DNA of 64,000 nt from Psammoneis japonica (Eukaryota): positions 372,001 through 436,000 of the forward strand of contig QPGO01000052.1 of NCBI GenBank assembly GCA_008632985.1. The letters run 5' to 3'. The notes under the pieces were generated by a model, which was given only the letters and a program-made list of their open reading frames with translations, had not been told where the DNA came from and did not search any database. This document shows positions 23,258-35,548 of the stretch, piece by piece (the first letter of the stretch is position 1; each line of letters opens with the position of its first letter). The position numbers were made by a program, and so were the translations under genes.

Positions 23258-26200
23258 ATGGTTCTCACTCGTCAGCAACAAATCGATGGTTTTGAGCACG
23301 TTGTTGGAACCGTGCTTGCCCAAGGTGCTGGGAGTCCTCTTCGTTTGGCTTTGGCTCAAGACGGCACGGACTCGCATCAGGAACTGTTCACGTTCATGCC
23401 GTCCCAAATCGACTCGCTTGAGTGCGACAACGGCACCAATGTGGTCCCTTTGCCTCGTGGTTATAAGAACATGTTAGCAGCACCAGTTGGTCTGTGCATT
23501 GTCAAAGCACACAAAGGTCTTGACGTTGCCAACGACTCCTCTTTGTTCACGCATGACGAGTTCCTTGCCTGCCGCCTCAGCCCGGACTGCATGTCCTCTG
23601 TGTCCATCGGCAGCTCACCCCTTGCACCTCCACATGTCACCAACCCGACCAAGGCACGCGACCCGGTGCGAGACTTCAAGCGAGGCATCAAGCGTGATCC
23701 CACCGCTTTCACGGCTCTCAAATCCGACAAGCAGTGGCACACTTGGCACACCTCACTTGTGGCACAAGCCCGTGCCCAAGACGTCGAGTGCATTCTAGAC
23801 TCGTCGTGCAAACCAACCAGCCCCGAAGACAAACTGCTCTTTGCTGAACAGCAAAAGTGCATGTTCGCCGTCTTCGAACGCATCCTTCTCACCAACAAGG
23901 GCAAGGCTCTCATTCGCGAAAATGTGGGGTCTTCTGACGCACAGACCGTCTGCCGCTCCTTGTCTGAGTGCGCGCTTGCCTCCACCCGCGCATCCATCGA
24001 GTCCTCCACCCTGCTCACGCACCTCACCACCGCACGTCTTGGTGATGGCACTTGGAAAGGTCCAACCCACGGGTTCATCCTTCATTGGCAAGATCAGTTG
24101 CGCAAGCACGAGGCACTCATCCCCGCCAGTGACCACTTCTCTGAAGGACAGAAACGCGTCATGCTCGAGAATGCCGTGCACCCTGTCGAGGAACTCCATG
24201 CTGTCAAGAACCAAGCTGATCAGCATCGTACGCAGAGTGGCAAGAGCCTCACGTGCGATCAATGCTGTGGCTTGCTCCTCTCCGCGGCAGCTCAGCACGA
24301 CAGCACGTTTCAACCCAAGACGACACCTCGAGCTCCCCGATGCGCCATGTGCGCACACGACGTCCACTCCGAGGAACCGTCCGACGATGTGTTCTGCGAC
24401 ATTGACAGTGACGTTGACGTCCTTCAAGCCAATGCCACCTGCACCCGCGGTCCCAGCCTCACCGGTGTCCAATGGAGACGTCTCCCTCCCGACCACCAAC
24501 GGCTCTGGGATTCGTTGCCCGATTCCTCCAAGGCGATCATCCTTGAGCACTCTCGCCCGCCTCCCCACAACCCGCGAGCCAGCAACTGCCATGAGTCTGT
24601 TACGGCCAACCTTCACGACCAACACCTTGGGAGTGACGGTGATGTCAACTTGTCCAACACGACTCCTGCTGACTGTGGTGACTCCGCTGCACATGTGGAC
24701 GCCACTTCGGACAATCCCATCCTGGCGCACCTCACCAAGCGCAAGCCACTGCCACCCGGTGATCTGCAATGTCTGTTGTCTCCTAACCAAGCCCCCACTG
24801 CCAGTCGACCGGGGCCATCCGCCGCTTCCTCTACCCCGCCAGCTTCTGCAGATAACGTGGAACTTAACGGCCGCACTTGCCGCCGCGTTGACAACCACAA
24901 TGTCATTTACTCTGCCTCTGCTCATCGCTCCACACGCACTGGCGCTCTAGTCGATCGTGGGGCCAACGGCGGCATTGCTGGCGACGACGTTCGCGTCATC
25001 GCACGCACCTCTCGCCAAGTCGACGTTCAGGGCATTGACGACCATCAATTGGTGGACATCCCCATCGTCACCGCTGGTGCCGTCATTGAGACCCAGCGTG
25101 GTCCCGTCATCGCCATCCTCCATCAGTGCGCATGCACGGGAAAGGGCAAGACCATCCATTCCTGCGGCCAGCTCGAATGGCACAAACAGGATGTCAACGA
25201 TCGCTCTGTCAAGGTGCCCAACGGCTTGCAACGTATTGCCACTCCTGATGGCTGTGTCATCCCCATTGACATCAAGGCTGGCCTGCCTTGTGTTGCCATG
25301 CGACCTCACACTGACGCCGAATGGGACACCCTGCCCCATGTCATCCTCACCGGTGATGACACATGGGACCCTTCCGTCCTCGATCACTCTGTCACTGACG
25401 ACGACCAGTGGTACGACGCGATCTCTGACCTGCAGGACGATCCCACTGCCAACCCATTTGACGAATGCGGCAACTGCCGTCACCGTGTCGTTGTCAACGA
25501 GACCATCTTGTCCGCTTCCTTGTCTGACGATCACGCGTCCGCCCTCGATGATCACCTCATTCCGAACGACGACGTGTTCTACGAGTGTCATCTGCATGCG
25601 ATTGACCCCACGGGCGATGACGTTCCACCTCCGGAGCGCACTGTAAAGCCCAAGGACCCCCCCTTCGAGTCTCTTCGGCCTTGCTTTGGCTTCCTACCTG
25701 CCGACACGGTCCGTCGCACTTTTGACTGCACCACGCAGCATGCCCGCATGCCCGCCGGCACACACCTTCGCAAGGCCTGCAAATCACCCAACCCCGCCCT
25801 TAATGTGCACCGCCGCAACGAGCCTGTCGCCACTGACACCGTTTGTGCCGACACCCCGGCCGTCGACTCTGGTTGCACCAGCGCCCAACTGTTTGTTGGC
25901 ACCGAGTCTACCGTCACTGACGTCTGCGGCACTGAGACGGACAAAGAGTTTGTCAACACACTCGAGGATCAGATCCGTGAACGTGGTGCACCATCCAAAC
26001 TCATTGGCGACCGTGCTCAAGTTGAGATCAGCAACAAAGTGCTCGGGATCCTGCGCGCCCTCTTCATCTCCAGCTGGCAAAGTGAGCCTCACCAGCAACA
26101 CCAAAACTTTGCCGAACGTCGACACCAGACCGTGAAGCGCATGGCGAACACTGTCATGGACCGTTTTGGTTCGCCCGCCCACACATGGCTCCTGGCGCTC

Positions 26201-28928
26201 ATGTGCGTGTGCTTCACACTCAACCACACAGCGTCCCCACGTCTCCACTGGCGCACGCCCCTCGAGACTCTCACTGGATCCACCCCGGACATCAGCCCAT
26301 TGCTTCGCTTTCACTGGTGGGAACCAGTGTGCTTCCACCTCGATGACTCCGATTGGCCGTCCGAATCCCGTGAGTTGCGTGGACGCTTTGTTGGCATTGC
26401 TGAGCACGTCGGCCACCAGATGACCTTCAAGATCCTATCTGACGAGACTCAAAAGATCCTCTGCCGGTCCAACGTTCGCTCCGCTGCCCCCGATCCTGCC
26501 GTTCGAAACCTGCGTCTTGATCCTCCTGATGGGGAGCCACCTGAACCCATCATCAAATCTCGCCATGACGACAACCCCGTCGATTCTACTGATGGGGAGA
26601 TCAGGACACCCAAGATGCCAGTTTTCGATCCGCAAGACATCATTGGACGTACCTTCCTCATGCAGCCACAAGAGGATGGACAACGCCACAGAGCTCGCAT
26701 CGTCAAGGCCGTCGAAGACCACGAATGGAAAGTGAACGGCAATCCCGAGCTCACTAAGTTCGTCTGCTCTGTCAACAATGACGAATACGAGGAAGTCCTT
26801 GCCTGCAATGACATCATGAATCACATTGAGCAAGAAGACGAAGACACCACCATTTGGAAATTTCGACGCATCGTATCACACGAAGGACCTCTGAAGCCTC
26901 ACGACCCAACCTGGAAAGGCTCAAGCTACAACATCATGCTTGAATGGGAAAGTGGGGAGATCACGTCCGAGCCTCTTGCCATCATCGCCAAGGACGACCC
27001 CGTCACCTGTGCCATCTATGCACGAGAGAACGGACTCCTCGACACGGATGGCTGGAAGCGGTTCCGCACTATCGCGAGGCGCCAAAAGAAGCTATTTCGC
27101 ATGGCCAACCAAGCCAAGCTTCGCTCCTTCCGCACTGCACCTCGCTACAAGTGCGGATGCGAAGTTCCCCGGAACTACAAACACGCCATGTCACTAGACG
27201 AACGCAACGGCAACCGCAAGTGGGGAGACGCAACTAATCTCGAGATGGACCAACTCGACGAATACGAAGTCTTCCATGACTGCGGGCCCTTCAAGTCTTC
27301 CACTCCTCCTGCGGGACACAAGAAGATCCGAGTGCACCTGGTGTTCGACGTGAAACACGACGGTCGCCACAAGGCACGACTCGTAGCCGACGGGCACCTC
27401 ACGGACGTACCTGTCGACAGTGTTTACTCCGGAGTAGTCTCCCTCCGTGGCCTTCGGCTGATGATTTTCCTGGCCGAACTCAACGAGCTGGAGACATGGG
27501 CCACCGACATTGGCAATGCCCACCTTGAAGCCACCACCAAGGAGAAGCTTTACATTGTAGCTGGACCCGAATTTGGCAAACTCGAAGGACACATCCTTGT
27601 CATCCACAAGGCACTGTGTGGACTTCGCAGCTCCGGTCTCCGCTGGCACGAGCGCTTCGCCGACTGCCTGCGAGCTGAAGGCTTCTTCCCCTGCCGCGCC
27701 GAACCCGACATTTGGATGCGCAGGAACGGCGACCACTGTGAATACATTGGCGTTTATGTGGATGACCTCGCCATTGCCATGAAGGACCCTCAATCTTTCA
27801 TCGACACTCTCACGGAAAAGTGCAAGTTCAAGCTCAAGGGTGCGGGACCCATTGAGTTCCATCTGGGTTGCGACTTTTCCCGGGACCCCGACGGAACCTT
27901 GTGCCTGTCTCCGCGCAAGTACATCGAGCGCATGGTCGACAGCTGCACCCGATTGTTTGGGGAGAAACCTGCCACCAACGCCTTGTCACCTCTAGAGAAG
28001 GGTGACCACCCCGAACTGGACACTTCCGAACTGCTGGGACCCGATGGCATTCACAAGTTCCAGTCTCTTGTTGGTTCACTCCAATGGGCAGTGTCCCTTG
28101 GTCGAATTGACATTACCACGGCTGTCATGTCACTCTCTAGCTTCCGAGCTGCGCCCCGTCAAGGCCACTTGGATCGTGCCAAACGCGTCTGTGGGCACCT
28201 CTCCAAGATGCGACACGGTGCTCTCCGCGTTCGTACGGAAGAGCCCGACCATTCGGATCTCCCTGCTCCGGCCCCATGAATGGATGCATTCCGTGTGTGG
28301 TGAAGCAGAAGAGATGATCCCGAAGGACGCTCCACCGCCCCTTGGCAAGTTCGTCACTGCCACCCACTGCGTCGATGCAAACTTGTGCCATTGCATGCTC
28401 ACCGGACGCTCTGTCATGGGAATGCTCCACTTCCTCAACAAATTCCCGGCTGATTGGTTCTCCAAGAAACAAGCCACCGTGGAGACTGCAACCTGCGGAT
28501 CTGAATTTGTTGCCGCAAGGAATTGTGTCGAGCAGATTGTCGACCTGCGCATCACCCTGCGCTGCCTTGGCGTCCCGATCCGCAATGTCAGTTACATGTT
28601 CGGTGACAACAAGTCGGTTGTAGACAGTGCCACCATCCCGCACTCCAAGTTACACAAGCGACACACCGCACTGTCGTTCCACCGTGTGCGTGAGGCAATT
28701 GCCTCTGGTTGCCTTGAGTTCCACTTCATCGAGGGCTCCCGCAATCCTGCTGACATTCTCAGCAAGCATTGGGGTTGCTCCCAAATCTGGGACCTTCTCC
28801 GCCCTCTCATGTTCTGGAACTTCATCCCATCCGAAGTCGAATCTGTTTCTGTAGCTCCTCAAGCAAACTGGGGAGTGACAGGATTTGAACAGGATTTGGA
28901 TGCGCACGAAGTGTCGCGCGCTGTTTAG
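23258..28928 (+). pseudogene. Copia gag-pol polyprotein with one frameshift (~28273) and many Tyr->Cys/His substitutions
   Basis: Protease ALVDRGANG; integrase VATDTV..SEPHQQHQNFAERR; RT HLVFDVKHDGRHKARLVA, DIGNA, GVYVDDL; RNase H VDANL..GSEFVAA..FGDNKS..NPADILSK in the 28002..28928 frame. Confidence 0.93.
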
Positions 28929-29151
28929 TTTACCGCGCACAGTTTTGTGTGCTTTAGTTCCGCGCGTTCGCGCGCGATGTAGTTTGCTTTCGAGCCACAA
29001 GGCTCACAAGAATAATGACAGCAGCCCGATTGTACCGACTTACACGTCTTTCGGCTCCTGTAACGGTCTCTGAGCGGAGACTCATCTGCCATTTAGACAG
29101 CAGCAAGGAGTTGTTGTTTGAATTCTTGCCATTTGCCTTCATTTTCTGTCA
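28876..29151 (+). repeat. 3' LTR
   Basis: Direct repeat of 22009-22284 followed by TSD CAAGA. Confidence 0.97.
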
Positions 29152-32100
29152 CAAGAGAAGAGCCTTCATGACAACAACTGTGACCCAATTTGGGACATGT
29201 GGGTGTTCCACACCAACACGCCAGGTGCCCATGAACAATTTTCTGGCAGTGGTTGAAAATTAGAAAAATTGAAGTGCTTTGTTGGTGCTGATCACAAAAC
29301 CAGTGTGCACGCTGCTCCATTGCCAAGCACTTGCACACCATTGCTGGCATTGTGTGCTTTTCAATTTTTTGTGGTCAACACAAAAGGAACACTGTGCATT
29401 GCAAATCTCTGATTGCATCATGCCATGAAGTTCTGGGCTTGTGGGATGTGCCAAGTTTTCTCAGATTTGAAATGTTCTGTTTTGGAGTTGTCGGGTTGTT
29501 GTCTTTTGGCACAGTGCAAACTGCACAGTGTGCCATGCACCACAAACTGAATTTTGAATTGTGACTCCTTTTCTGTTCTGCTTTTTTCCCTGCTTTTTTC
29601 ATCCCATGGTCTGCAAGGAGAACGCACATGATTGTCTTTTTTGTCCACAAACTTGTCCTCAAACACCCGCGCAAGTGCCGTTGCATGCATCTCATTGTCA
29701 CATTTGTGCAAATTTGGAACAGTTTCTTTTTTGCGGCAGGTCCAAGACAATGGAGCATTCATGTCCAGTCTGTGTGTCAAGCAGATGAGGGCGTTGCACC
29801 CTTCTGGTGCTGCATTTGGCAGCACTTGCACAGGTCCTTCTTCCTTCCCTGGTCTCAACTCTGGACAGCACAACAGACACCCAGTTTTTGTGCACAGCTT
29901 CAGTGGTGAACAAACAGCTGGTGACTGCTGTCACTCCCTTCCAGCTTCTTGTGTCCTGCAGCATCATCAATGACAAATGCAGCTTGTTTTGCTTCTTTGA
30001 GGCACACAACACTCCTGGTGTCTGCAGGAAGTTGCTCTTGATGCAATGCTTGAGCACAGCATCACCTGCTCAGTTTGCAGCTGCAGCTGGCAAAGCACAA
30101 AGGCCACTTTGCTGGGTTGTTGCTGGAGGGCATCTGCAACCCAGGGTTCATTCTACCTTCTCTTGATTCTGTGCCTCTTTCTTCACATTTTTTCCACAGT
30201 GTCTTGTGTGTTGAAAAGGCCAGCACTCTTGTGCCATCACACACATTCACGCAAGTTGTCATCAAATGTTGTCATTGAAGTGAGCACTTTGCCATCTCCA
30301 CTGTGCAGCTGCCTCACTCTTTTTTCAAAGCATGCTCCTGTGTTGATGGAGTCTTTCTCCTTGTTCCCACATGTTGTGTGTTTGGTGTGTGTGAGGCAGC
30401 TGCTGACCATGTGCAATGACTCTCTTGCTGCCAACAAAGTTGGTGTCTGCCACAGCAACAATGTCTCCATCTTAGAAATGACTCAGCAGCCCCAGCAATG
30501 TTCCATCTCAGAAATGTTTCAGCAGCCCTCTGCCCCATTCTGAATCATCTTTCAAAATGTTGTGCATGCCACAGAGCTTGGTGCCACCAGCAATTGACCC
30601 ATTCAGCATGTCTCTCCCTGCAAAGTGGGTGCACATTTTTCCCTGCTTGTGGGCTGGCTCTGGCTCTTTTTTTTGAAGTCACCTGCAAAAAAGTGTTTGA
30701 GCCTTGGCAGGGCTTGCCTGAGTGCTATTCTCTGATGTGCAGCCACATTCTTGCAAACCTTTTTCAAGCTCTTTCAGCATAAAAGGAAGTCTCATCCACC
30801 ACCACAGGTGTGCGTGACTCCATGCTTCAGTCTTTGCTTTGGCAATCTTTTTCTTCCTGTTGCTTTCAGAAAGCCACCCTTTTCTCCTTGATGAACAGCA
30901 CTGCCTTTGAGGACAATTGTGGTGACTCCAGCTGCTGCTGTGTCTGTGACAGCACATGAGTTGTGAGAAAAGCTGATTCATGAAAGAGCAGCATTCTCTC
31001 ACATGCTGAACTGCCAGACCAGCCACTCTTGTTGGCTTGTGACTTTTTCTTGTTCTGTGCAAAAAGATGCCAGCTGGGTGGCACCTCATTTCATTGCTTC
31101 AACAACAAGCCTGGCAGCAACCAGTTTGTGGCAGCTCTTGCTGTGAAACAACACCTGGTTGAGCCTCTCCTGTTGCTGCTGGTCTGTTCTCAAAAACTCC
31201 CAGCTGTCATCTCAAAGCAGCACAGCTTTGTTGGTGTGTGGGTGTGTGGGTTGGCTTTTGTTGACCAGCTGGCATGCTGGTGCAGGGCAGCAGCAAAGAC
31301 TGCTCTGCCAGGCCAACCACAACTTTAGCTGGTCTCTCATTTTTGCAGCCAATTTGGCACATTGCTGCTGTGAGGGATCACCCTTGCTCTGCAACCTTCA
31401 CAAATGCACAACACAAGGTTCTTCCAGAATGTCTTGTGGGGGCTGGAGAGGGTCAACAAGTCTCTTGCTCCATGCACACATGCCTGCAAGTTGCCACCAA
31501 ATGTTGCCATGGAGCTGAGCTCTTCTTTGCCATCTTTTTTGTGCAGCTGTTTCCAATTTTTTTTCAAACAATGCCATGTTTGTGGAGCCCCTGTCACCCT
31601 TGTTTCTGCCAAGTGCTGTGTGCTTGGTGTAATTGTTCAGCAGTTGTTGACCATGTGTGATGTTGTTTGTGTCTGCAAGATCCACATGACCACCTCAGAA
31701 ATGTTCCAACACTCTGCTCCACTCTGGATCTTCTTTGAATCTGTGCATGCCTCACAAAGCTCACTCTGCTCAGCTGCTGACCTGGCCATGCTCTTGACAA
31801 AATTCCACACACGTCTTTTCTTGTGAAGGGGTCAGTGCACTTCTTTTCCCACTGACTCCAACTGTTTCTAAAGTTGTCCACAAAAAGGTATTTTGCATGC
31901 AGTTGTGGCAGCAAAGAGCTGCTAGATGGCTTTCACATTGCTTTTGTGTGCCAAAGGTCCATGCTGTCCACCCATCTGCAGAGCTTTGTGCAGCCTTGGA
32001 GTTGCCACAATCTTTGTGTGCTGTGCATGGAGGGCCCCCAGTGTGTGTGCTCAAATGTCAGACTTGAGTGTTGCTGCATCAAGTGCTCCCATCAAAAACA

Positions 32101-33535
32101 CAGCAAACGCCACCACTCTCGCCATCATTCAATGTGGCATGTGTTGAACCACAGCTCCAGCAGCTGCTGCAATCAAAAAATTGGGTGCTGTTGTCGTGAG
32201 ATTGCCAAGTGGAGCGATGGTTGAAAGTTCTCCACACCAAGTGTCAACTCTTCCAAGGAAGAGGTCTGGCAAGCTTTGAAGAAGTGGGAAAGCTTTGCAA
32301 GGAAACATGGGTGCTTGTCATCTCCACATTGGCAAAGCTCATGTGGTGGCTGAGTTGTCAGCAGCGATGCTGCACCAAGGCTCTCAGTGATGACAAAATC
32401 AAAAAGTCAGACAGCACTTGATGCATGGGTGTGTCCAACAAAGTGTCAGAACACAAGACCACAAAAGACAAGGCACTGCGGTCATGGCTGTTGAGGCAGA
32501 AGAGGCCAACAAGCAAGAGAGGGGTGAAAATGGGCACACAGAGCTGTGTGAGGTCTCGACATTGACCTGTCTTTTTCTGCTGCAAACGCCAACAAAATGC
32601 AAATCACCCATGAAAACAAGGGGCTGTGGGCAGTGCATTGCAAAGAGTTGTGAGAGAGGTTTGTCAATGGAGTGGATGCTGCAACATTCCTCAAAGTGGC
32701 CCTGTGTCAGGGGTGGGCGTGGGTCTCCAGCCAGCATGAAAGGAAGGGGATGGTGGGTCAATTGCCAAATGAAGAAGTCAGAGAAATTTGGGCTTGTGTG
32801 GACAGCAAAGCACAGCTGGGGGGTGATCCAAAAACATGAAAGGCACCTGTTTGCAGAAAAATCCACGGCATCTGCTTTTCAACATGGCTGTTTTACCAGC
32901 AAAGCATTGTGATCAGGGTCTGACAATTGTGCACAAATGATGGATGAGCTTGCACTTCTCTTTTTCTCTTTGAGTCATTTTGTTGCGCACCAGGGGAGTG
33001 GTCACCAACCTTCCACAGCTCTGCAAGAGTGTTCAATGACAGGCTGTGTCCAGTCTGCCAATGTTGTTGAGCTCATGCGCATCTTTGCAAAGAACCCATG
33101 CACAGAATTCTAGCTGCACTGGTCAAGCCAACACAACCACGGGTCAAATGCCGTTTTAGAGGTTTGTGTTGGCCCTGAGAGCACGATCACCCTTCACATG
33201 TTTAGGACGGGAAAGGCACGAATTGGTGACAAGTGACAGGTAGAGTGATGTCCATCAAGATCAGAATTCGAAAGTCGAAGGTGTTCAAGAACCATGTTTT
33301 CCATTGTAGAAGTGTTGAATCGCCATTGTGATCATCTGTAAATCTTTACTAGAAATACACAACAGTTGGCATTACGAGTATCTTCATCACAACCACTATA
33401 TTTTGGAAAGAAAAGGGACCTAAAACTCGAGTAGCTAAATTTTAAAAACAACAAAAGGAGAAAAAAGTCGACGTCCACTTGTCTCTGCCATCTCTGTAGT
33501 AGCAACGAAGAACGAAGACTTCTTCGCGAAACCCT

Positions 33536-34196
33536 TTAGTACGAGTAAGGAGGGCGGTGGCGGTTCTCATATCCACCACTTCCATTTTGGTCGTACTTGC
33601 TGTAGGCAGCATGGTACCACTTATCGTCCCCTTGTCCACGAGCATTGCTGCTGTACGAAGCATTGCTGGGACGAGCATAAGCCGCGTTCGCGGGCGGGTA
33701 ACTAACCCTGGGCTGAATGTAAGCGGGATTTTGTTCAAAACTGCTACGGTGACTGTACTTCCATTCTTCGCCTCCCTTGGCACCCCAAATCTTTTCCTGA
33801 TCAGATATCACAGTTGGCCTCTGCTGAGGAGGCGGAGCCGGTTGCTCAGCTGTCATGGGTCATGGTGACGAAACAAAACAGGTGAGAATGTTGAACGTCG
33901 TAAAGCAATGAATTATAAATGATAAAAGAACGCGCAATTCATTTTCCTACCATAGTAAGGAGCATCTGGAGCAGGGGCCGCAGGAGCTTCCTGGGCCATC
34001 GGAGGTTGCGGCGCTAGTGGAGGCTCCGGGACAACAGGAGGAGCAGTCTCAGCAGCAGGGGAGGAGCCTGTGTGGTGGCAGGCGTCTGCGCAGCACTCGA
34101 AGCGAGAGCGGTTCTTCTACCGAAGGGAGATGGTGCAGTGAAGCCATTGGTGCTCCGCAAAGCAAAGAGAGCAAAGACAATGGTGTTGATCTTCAT
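33536..34196 (-). CDS. Small plastid-targeted Pro/Tyr/Gly-rich protein, paralog A (intron 33850-33950; apparent 1-nt frameshift at 34058-34061)
   Basis: MKINT..TNGF-TAPS presequence; Pro/Ala-rich linker in shifted frame; exon 2 ends WYHAAYSKYDQNGSGGYENRHRPPYSY. Confidence 0.7.
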
Positions 34197-34793
34197 GGTT
34201 AAACACGCAACTTTTCTGAATTTTTTACACGAAAATGAAGTTGGATGCAGTTTTCTCATTCCAAAATTGCGTAGAAGCCTACATACGCGTTGTAGTACCG
34301 ACTTACACGTAGATTCGTACGACGTCATCGTCGATCGCTCTTGATGGCCCATCGCTCTCTGGGATATGGTACCGGTTATTCCAGCTTGCGATCCTGTTCC
34401 CGACGCCATCATTATATTTGCCGATGGTTTTCAGACGACCGCCTCTCGACCACATTGACGATGATACGGTAGCATGTGGACACAATGACATCTTTAGAAG
34501 TCAGCCTCCCTCTTCCTCTAAAATTGGCGAGGACCACTAGTGAGCTTCCTGTACTTCAACCGAGATCTTCTTTGTATGGCAAGTTGCGCATCTTCAACGC
34601 CACATCATGAGTGTCAAAGGAGTTCCTGAAGCAAACTGGCTAAAAAAAGGCTCTCTAGAGTTCCTAAAGTGAAGAAGCAAACAATCACAATAGAGTAGCC
34701 GCATGAGTAACAAAGAAAAATCTATGTATTATATGTATACCTGTTTTTCATCATACTGTAGACCTGAAAGGCTTGAGAGCCCTCACCTTCATT

Positions 34794-35425
34794 TTAATAA
34801 GAGTCCGGGCTGCGATGGCGGTTGATGTACCCACCACTTCCATCTTGGTTGTAGTTGGGCAGGTGGGTGTGGTACCACCACGTTTTACCCCCTGTATACG
34901 AACCCGTGTAGGGACCGGCGTGAGGCCTCAAACCATCCCTGCCATCTTGGTTATAGAGAGCCCTATGATCATGGTACCACGCGTGAGCTCCCACACTGGG
35001 AATGTGGCCGCCGTAGTCTACGTTCGGCCCGGGCATTTCCATTCCAAAAGTGCTGCGATGACCGTACCTGAAGTCGGCCGAGTTGTATGCGTTGTGGGGC
35101 CTGTCTTGATCAGAAAAGCTTTGATATGTAATAATGGGTGCAGGATCTTCTGAGGCTGAAGATATAGAGATGTTCAGAAAATAAAGCATTAGACAGTAGA
35201 TAGAAAAAACGAGGCAAGGGGACAAGAAGTACCGTTGACTACCTTACCGAAAAATGGCGCTAAGGGAGCATCGGGCGCAACCGCTTGCTGCTGCTGAATT
35301 TCTTCTCTAGTTGCCATTGATGCAAGAGCTTTCATCCCAGTGCTCGCGTGAGACGGGGCAGTGAAGGCGTTGGTGCCTTGGATAGCGCAAAGGGCGAGGA
35401 GAACAGCTCTGAGGTTGATCTTCAT
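34794..35425 (-). CDS. Small plastid-targeted Tyr/His/Gly-rich protein, paralog B (intron 35156-35247)
   Basis: MKINL..TNAF-TAPS presequence; phase-1 intron as in paralog A; ends WYHTHLPNYNQDGSGGYINRHRSPDSY. Confidence 0.8.
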
Positions 35426-35531
35426 GTTGTTCCTTCAAAAATTGTGAGAGAGGGCGTTGGAGGGAGTTTCACTGCATGCCGGTGGAGCTTGGTACTTTTT
35501 CTACCCTCATCTCCTCGAAACCGGAGAGTAA

Positions 35532-35548
35532 GACGTCATCTGACGTCA
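35532..35548. promoter_or_regulatory. Tandem TGACGT(CA) bZIP-type boxes upstream of paralog B
   Basis: GACGTCATC-TGACGTCA about 110 bp upstream of the ATG; the same GACGTCATC lies at 34321-34329 upstream of paralog A. Confidence 0.45.

Larger units (their letters stand above)
22009..29151 (+). mobile_element. Full-length Ty1/copia LTR retrotransposon (diatom CoDi-like), 7143 bp
   Basis: Two 276-bp LTRs with TGACAG...CTGTCA ends; 5-bp TSD CAAGA (22004-22008 and 29152-29156); short purine tract before 3' LTR; gag-PR-IN-RT-RH order. Confidence 0.97.
19610..33200. repeat. TpA/CpG-depleted degenerate block 3, interrupted by the young copia element
   Basis: Flanks 19.6-22.0 and 29.2-33.2 kb nearly lack TpA and CpG; joined across the copia insertion by the target-site duplication. 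Confidence 0.7.

Noticed and set aside
23228..28279. Alternative genetic code (Cys/His codons read as Tyr)
   Set aside because: Neighbouring genes use TAY for conserved Tyr and TGY for catalytic Cys normally, and the same change appears in non-coding LTRs
28260..28290. Programmed ribosomal frameshift between RT and RNase H
   Set aside because: Not a known copia frameshift position; lies in a C-run like other apparent indel errors
22009..29151. Classical RIP, APOBEC or ADAR editing as the explanation
   Set aside because: RIP and APOBEC give C->T/G->A and would create TpA and stops; editing of the element RNA would give sense-strand A->G only, but T->C is equally common here
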